From: Felis catus
Lineage: Eukaryota
Assembly (NCBI RefSeq): GCF_018350175.1
Contig: NC_058368.1
Coordinates: 41,914,001 to 41,978,000, forward strand
Direction: 5' to 3'
Length of the DNA: 64,000 nucleotides
Shown here: one piece after another, positions 39,546-52,370 of the stretch
How positions within the stretch are numbered: the first letter of the stretch is position 1
How the letters are laid out: each line of letters starts with the position of its first letter
The notes under the pieces: generated by a model
What the model saw: the letters and a program-made list of their open reading frames with translations, nothing else
Databases searched by the model: none
Told to the model about the DNA's origin: nothing
Program-made: the position numbers and the translations under genes

Positions 39546-39757
39546 TTTTTTAATTTGTTTAGTGTTTATTTATTTTTGAGAGACGGACAGAGCATGAGTA
39601 GGAGAAGGGCAGAGATAGAGGGAGACGGAATCTGAACCAGGCTCCAGGCTCTGAGCTGTCAGCACTGAGCCCGATGCAGGGTTTGAACCCATGAACTGTG
39701 AAATTATGACCTGATCCGAAGTCAGACACTTAACCAACTGAGCCACCCAGGCACCTC
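39546..39757 (-). mobile_element. CAN-SINE (SINEC_Fc type)
   Basis: Canonical reverse copy; TSD tatcatgaaa(g/a)atttt. Confidence 0.95.
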
Positions 39758-40369
39758 TATCATGAAAAATTTTAAAGATGGTTGAAAGATTTTAAAGATG
39801 GTTGACAAGTCAAATTAGTTTTGTAAGTTTGATGGTCAAAGATATGTTCTAAAATTTAAGTATATCTTGGGGTAACTGTAAAGCTAATTTTCTTTGTTAG
39901 ATGGTTCTCATTAAAGGGAATAATAGGTAAGTCTATGAGAAATGCCACTTCGGATTCATGGATATAATAATACTATTTTTTTTAGTAGAAAACAAATTGT
40001 AATAACACAAACTGAAAGAAAAAAAAATTTTCATTTCAAAATTTGCCCTCTGTATTAGCAAAAGACAACCATAATTGAATAAAAAGAAAGTCTATAATTT
40101 CAAAACACTTTTGAGTATAAGGCAAAGAGATGACTTTCGAATTATTGATACATATAATCCATATCCTCATCTGTTTACTGGTGTTTTGCATTTGTATTTT
40201 GTAATTGTTGAATGACTTAAGCTTAATGGATAAATTCAAGTAAGAGAATATCATGCAAAGTTTACAAAATCCTTAGTAAGTCATGGACTCTGAAATTCCT
40301 TTGGTGTTTCTACAAAAAATTATAGTACAAGAATATTAATATTTTGTAAGACTTCTCTGAAACAAAAGA

Positions 40370-40758
40370 GGTGCAGAGACTTCTAGTTTTCCTTCTACAT
40401 CTATCCCTCTCTTGTTCCATGGAAATAGACATTTGGGTTGGGCATGTGGCTACCATAATATATTTTTCAGCCTGCCTGGAGGCTAAGTACTGGGCAATGG
40501 ATTATAAACAGGGGTACCTCTCAGATGTTTCTGGCCTCTTCTTCATCCCCTCCACCATTCCCCTGCCTGGGTTTCAAAGCTGCTGTCTTAAGTTAGAGGC
40601 AATACATGGTGAAGTAACAAGTACAAAGAAGCTGTATCCCTGATAGCACAAAGCCTTAAACTTGTATACAAGCAAAAACTAAATTATTATTTTGCTAATG
40701 TTACATGCTATTTTGGGTTTTGTGTCACTTGCAGCTAAACTTCATCTTAACTAATACA
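40370..40758 (+). mobile_element. Old MaLR LTR (MLT1I/J-like), degenerate
   Basis: 3' end 'ttttgggttttgtgtcacttgcagctaaac...ttaactaataca'; internal 'tattttcagcctgcctgg'. Confidence 0.6.
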
Positions 40759-42859
40759 GGATTGTTGGAGGGAAGAGGGATGATGTTGACTAAGTAGCCT
40801 GGCATTTTTATCAAAGAACAGTCATTCTTTACCTTTTAAGTGATTCACGAACACACAAGAGAGACATTACATACTGCATGTTTACGACATTACAAATGAT
40901 ACTCTAGACTAATATCCTTGATTTCTCTACTACAACTTGTTTGATTAGCCCCTTGACACTCTACTCAATTGAGGGAAAGAAAAGTAATTTATGACATTTT
41001 CAGAAATTTGGCTAATCTACTTTCACAAGCTTGTCAGCTGGGGTTTGAAGCTCAGGGTGACTCAGTAGTTAATTTTTCTTTTTTTTAATTTCTAATTTTC
41101 TGAGAAATGTAGAGCTTTTCTAGGGACAAATCCTTCCCTTTATGTTGGCCAAGAGTGTCTATTCCTTGACTTGATGTGACACCTCCTTAAAATGACCTTG
41201 GAACTAGGATCCCAAAGGACCATATCCAATTTAAGCCCTTTCTGCCAAAAGGAGCCTCACTGGTTATTTTTTACAGCAACAGACTTGAAGCACAATGCAT
41301 CTTGCTGCAGAAAAGATAGAGAATATGATTCATAGCAGCCATATGATTCATAGCATTCATAGCTCACCAACTTTGGGAAAAGCACCTGGAATCACATGCC
41401 CTTCTGCTGTTCATTGGATTTTTCTCCATTAGAAAGAATTATATCAGAAAGAATTACAAAGAAGGTGGCAACACAGAAGAAAACAGGGAGGGAGGAGGTA
41501 ACAGGAAATGGAACAGTTCTAGAACTCATGTCAAATTTAAGGCAAATGCATAGTGACAGCTAACCAATTTTTAAAATTCTCCATGTACTCTGTTACCTAC
41601 CTGACAGTATAAACAAACACGGATGCCCTAATGATATAGAAGAATGAAGTTCTTTAGTAGAGCTTGGTGTTAAGCAGAACAAAGTTTGGTTAATTTAAAC
41701 TCCAAGGCTACGATTAGCTATTGATGTGCATTTTTTGACTGTCAATTTCTAACTTTTTGCATTGCAAATAATGTAGAATAATTCTCTACCTCAAAAACAG
41801 TGGAGCAAAAAACTGTGGAGCATCCTAAAATATAAGATGAAATTTCAGGACCCAAATAACCTACATTTCCTTTATTCAGTTGCATGAATAAAAAATAGAT
41901 CTATTTTATGTGGGGATTTTACCCTAATGAGGGAAGTACCTGATTTTTCTATGGCCTATTGCTGAATTTTAAATGTAAAATGAACCCATTTATGGACAGA
42001 CCAAATACAAAGAATAGTAATGTACATTGTCTTATAGCTGTCAGTCCCCAACAAGTTGTCTCTCCAGACCATCAAAGATGAGCCCACAGGTGCCTTGTTT
42101 ACTATGCCAGTTGGCCCTACCCACTTACCACACCAGTCTGGTTCAAGGCGGATTATTATCCATATCACCCCAAAAATCTGGTCTTAGTTGAAATTTCCTG
42201 ATATTGATTCGTAGATTCTAGATTATTCCTCCATCTCAGCCTATACTACCTTGGTGTCTAGTTCTGTGAAGAGTTCTGTGGAGAGCCTCTGAGCTATTTT
42301 TCTGTGGTCCCCTAGGTTCAACATTTATTTGCCTCTCTGAATGTTTACTTCCTTCCTCTATTCTCTAATGCTAGGCCATCTCTTTCTTTTGGCATCATTA
42401 TGTTCCACCTTGGACTTTTAGTACAGATGTGTGTAAGAGAAAACCAAAATTTGGATGGTGTTATTCTCTGTCAGGTATCAGCTGGGCATAATCCCGATAA
42501 CTTCTGATGCACTTACTGAGTCCAGTGACACAGTCTGATGCCTATCCCAAATCCCTTTGTGTTCTTGAGATAGTCTTATGATCAATTCAGTTCTACAAAC
42601 AATGTTGCAAACCTACAGAGTTCCAGGCACCGGATATATGAAAATTAATAAGGCACTGATTGTATCTTCAGGGAAAGTCATACATCTGAAAATCAACATA
42701 AGGTGTTCACTATGTTGATGCTTGGTCCAGAGATTTAACAGTATGAAATAGCTAAAAGAAGAAAGATTGACATCTGCACTGGTCAAAAGGAAGTCTAGTT
42801 CTAAAATAAAATCACTCAACTAATTCGGAAAAAAGATTAAAGAAAGAACCAACATAGAG

Positions 42860-42952
42860 CAGAATGTCCCTTGTGTGTTCTTGTATCCCCAATGCCTAAA
42901 ATATAGCTCAGTACATTGTAGAAATGCACTAAATACATTTTGAATGGATTGA
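42860..42952 (+). mobile_element. L2 3' end
   Basis: 'tgtatccccaatgcctaaaatatagctcagtacattgtag...cactaaatacattttgaatgga'. Confidence 0.65.
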
Positions 42953-43322
42953 TTATTCTTACAGCAGAAGCTGTCATATAAATTAAATAGTTTCATGTGA
43001 ACTTCTCACTGACACAGATCTGTAACTCAAATATATATACCACAAGTACTAAATTGTAACACATAAAGTTGATTTGTAAAGTGGCTTTATACATTACTTC
43101 CATCAGGACAAAAACTGCCCCAAAAGACAGAGAACACTTCTGTGGAAGATTGAAGAGTTAACTTGGTGACTTGTGTTAAGAAGTTATTCACAGGAAAAAA
43201 GACCTGACCTTCAACAGGAATGTGATTTGGGTGAATGCCAGGGGCCTACACAAGCAATTCTATCATTTGAAAATTAATAAAGGTCTCAAGAGAAACCTCT
43301 TCATAATATAAAGTTTCTCCAA

Positions 43323-43325
<3 letters not shown>

Positions 43326-43380
<55 letters not shown>
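43326..43380. repeat. (TA)n microsatellite
   Basis: Perfect TA run. Confidence 0.97.
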
Positions 43381-43383
<3 letters not shown>

Positions 43384-45294
43384 GATATTTTATTTCCTCT
43401 GCCATTTGGTAATATACCCATTTTTACACATTTTGGAGCCTCTTGTATTTCCATTACAATCATATAAATCCAGAAGAATTATTTAATCTTAGTTTCACAA
43501 AGTAATTATAAACATTGAGTAATTATTGATAGGTACTATAATCATTCCATTCAATTCACTCAGTTTATAGGGCTTCAGTGGGGGTTTCCAAGCATTCTCT
43601 CTTTTAAATGCCGGAATAGTCTTTAGTGGTAAAGTGCTCCTTATATCAAAGCTCCTGAGATGCATAAGCTATGTCAAAAGGACATTTCAGACAAAGAAAT
43701 GGTTAGTCCAAGCCAGACTAGGGAGAACACAATATTGTTTATAACATTCTGTTCTGTATTTTAAAACCTTAATAACCCTTCTAGAGAATCTGAGCCAATT
43801 GCTAATCAATAGTAATTACTTTTTTTCTAACCACCTAAAAAGTACTCTTTAACCCCTAGAAGTAAGTTTTTAGAATGCTATATACCACACTTATTTTCTA
43901 AACATTAAATATGTAGCTATAACTTCAGTTTTGATATTTATAATGTATTCTGTTGCAACTTTATAGGAGGACCACTTACAGCAACTGAAAGTGAAATAAG
44001 ATCTTTTCCAAGATGGTAGTTGTAAAAGTTGTAGTTTTTTGAAAGATTAAGGCAGTAAATACTTCAATCAGCCTCAAAATTTTATTGAATAACGACACAG
44101 AGACATTAAATGGATAGCTAGAAATATAAACATACTATGAAATATTTCTTCTGAACTCAAATAAACTAATAGTTAAAATCCATGTAGTTTATATCCAAAA
44201 AGTAAAGGCTGATAAATAAATACGCAGTTGGGCATTTTTTTGTTGGTTTACAGAAAAACTGCCTAGGTGTCAGATTTTATTGAATAAGTGTAGGACATCA
44301 TCATTAGCAAGGTAATAGAAAATATTACAAAAATCCAGAGCAGTTACTAAAGATTAACAAGATATTTGCAGGAAAAACAAATGACATGCTAGCATATTAA
44401 TGGTTAAAATTGAGTATGGCCCAGAGGCACATCTACTGAAAAGTATAATGTACAACTTAAAGTAGTTCTGTGTGTCCATTTTAAAAAGTGCTCCTTTGAT
44501 TCCAACATGCTCACGTTGGAGATACAAGAGTTATTTCACAGAAATAAAAAGGCACTTTCTCTCTAATGTTCTTACTTGTTTTTTTATAGATTCTCTAATA
44601 TAATTAGTGGAATTACTGTGTCATTTATACTAGAAACTAGATAGCAATTTTAAACTTCTTTGTTCCTTTTATCATCCAAACGCTGGTCAAATTCAGAAAA
44701 AAATTATCTGCAAACATTTCATTTTTTCGTATCATTGTTACTGCCTATTTCACATTTGCATTATTTCTTTTAATCTTCCCTCCTGAAACAATCTAAAGTT
44801 CTTTTTGCATATTAAAGTACTCAATTAGTTGTATTAATCTAACAGTTATAATAATCAGCTTTGAAGTTTTCCGTTTACACATCGATGTTCTCCCTTACAC
44901 TGGTAAATCTAGAGGGTAAAGGTCCCTGACATACTCATTTCTTTAACCTCTATCATCTAAGATAGTACAGGAGTGGAATGAAATTAGTTTCTGAGCATAC
45001 ACCATCAATACTAAGCTTTGAATGCAATATAAAACCCATTCTAAATTCGTTTAGAGTCCTGTAGTAGTTTAATTAACAAGAGATAGAGTCTTAAACATAT
45101 CATTAAATTTTAAAAAATTTTGCAGGTAATGAAGACTTCAACTTTATGTATGTATACAATATAGTATTATGTATATTATGTATATAATATGATATAAATT
45201 GTATATATATATTTTTTTTGTTTTTTTCTGCTAGAGCCTGAATACAAGGTGTGGGTACTGGGAAAAACTAGCTACTATAATATAAATAGTTTGT

Positions 45295-45515
45295 GGGGCA
45301 CCTGGGTAGCTCAGTCAGTTAAGCATATGACTCTTGACTTTGGCTCATGTCAAGATCTTGCAGTTTGTGAGTCAGAGCCCCACATCCGGCTTTGTGCTGG
45401 CAGTGCGAAGCCTTGGGATTCGTCTCCCTCTCTCTCTGTCCTTCCCTCCTTGCTCTCTCTCTCTCTCTCAAAATAAAATAAAAATAAAAATTACTTTAAA
45501 AAATTATTTAAAAAA
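45295..45515 (+). mobile_element. CAN-SINE
   Basis: Head ggggcacctgggtagctcagtcagttaagc, CT tract, A-rich tail. Confidence 0.93.
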
Positions 45516-46315
45516 TAAATAATTGGACACTCAAGTATTAAGGCATAAACTCTATTTCTCTGTATGTAAAAAGGTATTTACTTTTGGATGGATTTTCTTC
45601 AAAGAAACAAATATAGGTAATTTCTGTTTCCACATATAGAATATGTCCTAACATTCAAAAAATAGAAGGAACTCAATCTTTTTCTTCACAGGTAGTTAAA
45701 CACTTCAGAACTTTAAAAGCAGAATTAGATTTTTAGATAAATCAATGTGAAAAGATCAAAAGCTTTATCACATTGTATACAAATTTCTATTAAAACACAG
45801 TAAATTATAAACAGTCCTTAGTAGATTCCAAAGTGGTTTTTAATATAAAATTTGAGCCTGAGATAATTCGATGCAAATTACATATAATTCAGTGGAAACA
45901 AATCACATTTTGAACATTTTCTGAAGATATTTGACAACTGAACCTGAGAAAGTAACATCAAAATAATCTAGGAGGATTTTTAAGTAAGTTAAAAAATGTC
46001 TTCTTGGAGGAACCGGCATATAATATCTTCAAAATCTCTAGAGATGTTCTGCCCTTGAATCTTCGCTGGTAAGATGAATTATAGCAAGCACAATTCTTTC
46101 TGTTAACGAACAATTTCACTCTTTTCTGGTTTTTCATTCACTCTTATCCTTGGCATGGAAGTGGATGAATGGAATAATAAGAAACTCCCCAATTTAATAT
46201 AGAGAATATTATTATAATAAGATTTTTCTGAAAGTTCTGCAGTGGATTTTCATGAGACAGACATATCAGTGTAGGTGGTGACCTGATCATTTCTACTCGT
46301 GAATTAGTCTAAAAT

Positions 46316-46670
46316 TATATTATCCAGGATAGGCTACATTACAATGTAAGAACAAAATAACTGAAAATGTGCTATCATTAAACAAAAATTTATTTCTTGC
46401 TAATTTCACTTCACCTTTGCAGGTGTTTCCTTACAGAGTCACTCAGAGGCCAGACTAACCAACACTCCATTCTCCTCTGGAACATGCAGCCTTTTAGGTC
46501 ACCTCAGCTGAAAAAGAGTCTCCAGAACTGGGTTCTTCATTAGCCTGGAAATGAAACACTCCATTCAATTGGCCTTCATGAGGGAGATGGATCTGCCTGG
46601 CTGCAAAGCAGTTGGGAAGGACCGGGAAGCAGATGGAATATTTTGGGAGAAGGTTACTCTTTGCATCGCA
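46316..46670 (-). mobile_element. Old MaLR LTR (MLT1J/K/L-like), degenerate
   Basis: 'caggataggcta...aacaaaaatttatttcttgct', 'gtcactcagaggccagact', 'gcctggaaatgaaacac'. Confidence 0.6.
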
Positions 46671-46679
46671 AGTCTATGT

Positions 46680-49500
46680 GTTGTAAATGGAACTGTAATA
46701 TGCTGATCAAATTGTACGGTAAATTATGTTTATAATGCTTTTCTGAAGCACATAGTTCAATCGTGAATATTTCGTTGTAAAACTAAGGAAAAAATCCTGA
46801 ATTACAGTTTTACATTGTTTTACTTAGGACCATTCGTGGCAAACACTCAAACTGCAGTTGTTGTTAGGAAAAAAAAAGTCTACAGTGCTTCTCTGAAATA
46901 GAAGAGCATATTATTTCATAACGAAAAGGGAAACAACCATTAGGTAGAAAGAACGAAACCGGAGAACCTATGTTTGACAGGCAAAACTAGATCAGCAGCT
47001 ATGTTTTGTTATTTAAAATCAATACTTAAGAACCTTTCCTTCTTCACAAAGATAAAGGAGTTATCAGAGCTAATGGTTGATGTGAATGCTTAGCACTGTT
47101 TTAACAGATTACAGGTCGATTTTAATTTTGCTTTACAAATTACAAAGGAGACCATCAATAAGATTATGGACGAGGGACACCCAAATACTGCTGAGGAAGT
47201 AGTCCACCATTTCAAGTTCAAATGGATTAAAGAAAAACATAAAGGGGAAAAAAATTGCCAGCTGGTATGTAAAAGGAATGCATTTTTTTGGTCAGTGTGT
47301 AAACCATGTAAAAATAGTACTGACATAATTACAGTGTAAAAAAAAAAGCTGATAATTATTTATCATAAAAATTTGGTTAGTTTAGAAGAATTTCCTTGGT
47401 TAATCCAAAAATGTGAACACAAATTTTTTAAAATACACAAAAGTATCACTACAAAACAATATATTCATTGAGATTTTGAATATATAATACAAAGTGCAAT
47501 CTATCTTACAAATGTATATTATAGAACTATTTTATTTCACAGAAAATTAGACAACTTCAGAAAAACAGGCTCTCACCTGCTAATAAATGTAGGTATTGCC
47601 ATGTACATGACTAATGATTCATACTGCTTTCCCTTTACTGTATAGGAACCCATTGGAGTTATTACTGAGGATGGAGAGATTATACACAATGCTTAGCCAG
47701 CTAAAATGTAACAGGGAGATTTCTGGTTAAGCTTGGGAAGGACTTGGGTGGGTCTTTTGGAATGCTGGAGGCCTGCTTAACCGCCCTGATTTTGGAATGG
47801 TCAGGGGGCCAGCCCTCCCAGGTGTTTCCGCAGTCCTTGGGGAGCTCCATTCTAAACACTATACAAAGTTTAGCAAAACAACAGGACAAGTAGACCCTTG
47901 CTACATAGCTCTGATTTGATTAGTCTGTCCTGTAATTGTTCACCTTTAAGTCATGCACTCTTTGTTTTTGCATGCCTGAAATGTTATACGCCCTCTGTAC
48001 ACCTCAAGCCAACTGAGATTTGTGATTGGCCTGATGCTGCAATAAATGAGAATAAGAGTGCAGGGAATGTTGTTAGGTCTTCCACTGTGAACATTGACCC
48101 CATGCCTTCTCCTCTTTTTCTCAACAAAGTGTGGAGTAATATTTCATCCCTCTGTTCACGGTTTGCTGGCCATTCCCGGCAGGAACCATTATTTCCCTCT
48201 GTACTAATTATAATAGAATTCTGTAATAAGTTTGATAAGCAATTTTAAAAACAGAGGGTAAAGCTAATGCAAAAAAAATCTAGTCTGTTATAATGTGATA
48301 AATGTTCATAAGTTTATAGAATACTGTTCTATTCTAAGAGTATGATCAATAGATGATAGAGAAAAGATGCAAAGTACTGTCATGTGTATGTGCATAAAGA
48401 TATATTAAGAGTGCACATCTGGACTATGATATGTAGACTTTTATACAAAGGTCATAATCAAAAGTATGACCAAACTATTGACAAAGAACAGAAGCGAACG
48501 ATAATAAGCTGGCCATGCCCCTATTTCTTTTATTACTAAATAGCGTTGTTATCACATGAAAGTCTGTTTTAAGTGAAAAGATTCAGCTTTTGGAAATCGT
48601 TTTACATAGTACTACACAGATTTGGCCTTTAAGAAAAACCTTTTAAGACATGACAATTTTAGCATAGTCAAAAGAGAGGTCGAAAGTTCTGTCCTGCAGC
48701 CGCCCTGGGAGGGGGTCAGGGGAGGCTATACTGAACTGCACTAGACTCCTAGCTACGCTTTTCTGAACTCATTTCAGAGGGCCTCTGGTGAGATTCCATT
48801 CTCTGCAAAGTACACAGAAAGATGTTTCACAAGGGGAGAGTTAAAGAGTTGCTGAGGAAGAAAATACCCCAAAGCCCTCTTTGGCACAGACAGAAATAAA
48901 AAAAAAAAAAAAAACCTTTCTTCCCTCCCTGAAACTTTAAGAAAGTGCCCTGGTACACAGTGAGTTCCTCTGGAGCAATTGCCGGAGTCAGCGCCTCAAG
49001 CAGAGAGGGCAGGCGCTAACAGTAAAAGAAGGCAGTGATGCAAAGTATGGGCTTAGTCTGGAAAATGCTGGATTCCCTTCAGACCACTCTGGATGCAGTC
49101 AGCCAGAAGCTGAAATTTGGTTCTCAAGACTCCTCAGGGCAAAGGTTCAAATGGCTTATTCTATAAGTTGTTCCTAGGATTGTTTTTAGTTGTAATTAAG
49201 GGAAGTGAATTTCTGTAAGCTAAATGGAAGACTTTGTCAATGAAGTGAGACATAATTACCTGGTGGTAGTTGAAAGTTCTTAATTTGTGCTTCAATGACA
49301 AAGCTGACAAACACAGAGTTTTGAAACTTGAGAAGCGGGGTCAGAAGGAATCATTACAAGGCTAGGAGTGGAAACTTTGCGCTTAGTTTGTTTTGTGCAC
49401 CGAATTTAAAACCTGTTGTTTCTGTTAGCAAAATTTACCTTTGGTCACAACCAGAAGGGGACTGTCAGGAGAGCAAAGAATAAAACATCTAACCTTTTGA
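46680..49500. promoter_or_regulatory. Candidate enhancer/non-CpG-island promoter block
   Basis: No recognisable repeats, scattered surviving CpGs, GC-richer cores at 47.7-47.9 and 48.7-49.1 kb, five GGAATG/CATTCC motifs; function is inferred only. Confidence 0.35.
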
Positions 49501-49649
49501 CTACTTAAAGCTATGAATATGTTGACTTTCCTAGTGTCTGGCAATCTTGGTGATCTAGAACATATTTGTGTAAACAAATAAGCTACTAAGCACACATATT
49601 TCTTAAACCTCTTCTATGCCCACAGAGTAGGAAAATTTGCCCTTTGACA

Positions 49650-49870
49650 TTTCATCAGAAGACACTACGTGCTTACTATATATGAACAGTATTTTATTAT
49701 ATGTTGCTTCATTTCATCTCAAGGCAGACAGTATCTCTACTTTAATGTGAAAGTGGACTTCCTAGAAGTTAAGTACCTATTTGATATCAGCTCACTGAAA
49801 GGGTGGATGAGGATTCAAATGGAGGTGAACCTGAGGCAAAGCTCATTCTTCTTTCTCACATCACCAGCTC
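49650..49870 (-). mobile_element. MIR SINE (degenerate)
   Basis: 'cttcatttcatctcaaggcagacagtatctctacttt...gaagttaagtacct...aggattcaaa'. Confidence 0.55.
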
Positions 49871-49922
49871 TGTCTTCAGTTACTTTAATATGCACAGCTA
49901 AGGAGCAACATATCTTTCTGTA

Positions 49923-50461
49923 TGCAGAGCAACAGAAATGAAAAATTAGAAACACGAAGCGTATTCTCTCTCAACTGCTTCTCAGTTCTGGGAGAGGTAG
50001 TTTCATGCAAAGTCTTTCAGCTCTCACTGGACCACATGAGAACAGGACTAGAGGCTACGGGCCCTCACAGTCTATGCCTGCCTGGCTTGGGAATATCCTT
50101 CTCTGTTCTAGGCTTGATGTGCACTCCTTTACTCTGCTTAAGCACATGAGTCCATGGACCTCAGGCACACCCTCAGATTTCTGCACTCAGACCCCGTGGC
50201 GAGGGGGTGGGGCCCTTCCACTGCAACACCAGGTGGGGGTGTGTACCTCCATCGCCCACCCAGCTACAGGGTGGGTCAGCTGGCCGCGAGGGACCCAGCC
50301 ATTGCAGGCGCTGGGTCTTGTGTACTCTCCCCCTTCTCGCCGTAAGTAAAGGCTGCACTGCTTGAGCCTGGTGTGCGTGTTTTCTGTTCTTAGCAACACT
50401 GAATCATAATCTGGTCTCTTCCCTGGGTGGCACTTATCTGCCTTTTAATCTTGACTGCACA
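49923..50461 (+). mobile_element. ERVL-class solo LTR (MER54/MER73/MER74-like)
   Basis: TG...CA ends, GC-rich U3/R, variant poly(A) signal agtaaa at about 50345 followed by a GT-rich stretch; family assigned from memory. Confidence 0.6.
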
Positions 50462-51399
50462 GCCTGGCCTCCCAGTGAATGGTGAAAACACTCAGCTCTG
50501 GATGTCTTAGTAGGTAATTATGTGAATTCAAATAAATGGTCAATTAATAAAATTGGCTGCAAGCTACTTTTGAATTGCAGAGTTGAAAGGGAAGATTTGA
50601 CTCAAGACATCTTTGTCTCCGGGCCATAACTTAAAACCTCTTTTTGATTTAAGGCTACCTTATCTAACTTCTACTTTGGTTGAATACTCCCACAGCCTCT
50701 GCCACAGTTCTGACTGCCCAGTCACCTCTCCATTTACTTATGGAAATGTGATCGGATCTCAGTCCAGCAGCCAGGGACTGCAATTCTAGAATTTCTTGAA
50801 CTATGCGAGGCACTACTTCTGCATAAAAATGTATCTCAAGGGAAAAAAAAAGAGAAAGTATTCAAACACAATGAAATGTAGATCTATTATCACTGATGAC
50901 ATCATCATCCTGATACATTTTTTTTTCTGTGCCCAGCATGTAGGCTGCTGTGCTTTACACATCATTAAACCTTTAAAAAGCTCCTCGTTTTGGACACAAA
51001 TAGATCTCGGTAAAGCAGATATAAGAAATGCATGAGTGGTCAGAGCAAAGCCGTCTCCCCTGAGTAAGTCAATGGAGAGTTATGAAACCGAGTTACAAGA
51101 CTCCCAGAGCCACCCAGATGAGACAGAGTCAAGCATGACTGGCAGATCAGGGTCCCGCCCCTCATTTGTATTGAAACTGCAGGCATGTGTGTATGCATAC
51201 TGGTGTGTCTGAAGTATATATATGCTGCCTACACGTATGCTTGTATAGTAATACTTTAAACAACATTCAGTTGAACACATCCTTTAACAGCTTTCTTCTC
51301 TGGTTGAACTCACTGACTTTTGTGGAGTTTATTTAACATTCATGGAGTTGGCAGGACATCACTCAGGCCTGGGGAATTAGATATCACGGACTGATGTCT

Positions 51400-52370
51400 C
51401 AACTTTGCTGTCTTCTGTGTTTCTCTATCTTTACTTATTCTAAGTAGAATTCTTGTTGATTCTTCCTTGTATAAACCCGTTTCTGCCCCACTCCCACATC
51501 CCAGTTCTCATGCCAGCATCACTATCTACCCAGTTGTGAGGTGGAAAACCCAGGAGCCACAGATAAATCCAGTCTATTAGCAAGTCCTGCTAACTGTGCC
51601 TTCAAAATAGATCTTGCGCGTGCACTTGACCTCTTATCTCTTGACTCCTACTACTTTAGCTCAAACCACCATCACAGTGCCTGCTGTATGCTCCAAACGA
51701 TTCTCCGTGCCTCTACAGCGTGCTCCTGAAAATCCACCTCTAGACTCAAGCCAGAGAAATCCATCAAAACTCTACATGACAGCTTGCCATTCTGCCTTAA
51801 ACACCACGCTGTCTTCTCCTTGTGCTTGAAACAAAACCTGAACTCATTTTCAGAATAAGGTGTTGTGTGGTCTGACTGTTGCTGGCTGTTCTCATCTCCC
51901 ACCACACCCAACCTCACTTACTCAGCTCCACTTTCAGTGGTCTTTATTTTGTTCTTCAGGAGAAAAGCCCATTCAATCCTCAATACCTTTACATGGCCCT
52001 ATTTTGAAAGGCTTTTCGCCAAAACCATTGTCCTACCCTTGACATCTCTCGGTTTTCATGTTTGAGTTTAAATGGTACCTCTGAGATAGGGAGTCCTTAT
52101 CTAGCCATGTTAGATTAGCAGCCTAACTGCCCACCTACCCCCCTTTTTGAATCACATTATCCACTTTTATTTTCATCAAAGCACTTTTTGCAACCAAAAT
52201 AACAGAGTTTTGGGTTTTTTGCTTTTGTTTTTTGTTTATTAGTTCTAACCTCCCTCACTACAGCCCTTGGTAAAGGTATTGACTGCCCTTGCCCACTATA
52301 TTCTCAGGGGCTAAAATGTACCTATCATGCAATCCATGCTTAAGAAACAATTGTGGGACAGGAATGAAAG
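51400..52370 (+). mobile_element. L2 LINE fragments
   Basis: 'gaaaacccaggagcc', 'agcaagtcctgctaactgtgccttcaaaatagatc', 'tcatgtttgagtttaaatggtacctctgaga', 3' end near 52350. Confidence 0.65.

Noticed and set aside
41321..41363. Short tandem duplication of atatgattcatagca (similar short duplications at about 13645 and 27454)
   Set aside because: Ordinary slippage duplications with two or three units and no repeat-spacer array structure
47701..47889. Minus-strand ORF ...MELPKDCGNTWEGWPP...PVTF* with a downstream AATAAA at about 47530, as a terminal exon
   Set aside because: Peptide not recognised, mediocre acceptor, AATAAA is frequent in this DNA, and the GC-rich regulatory-like composition explains the open frame
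50005..50399. Several overlapping GC-rich ORFs
   Set aside because: They lie inside the ERVL-type LTR, where higher GC reduces stop-codon frequency
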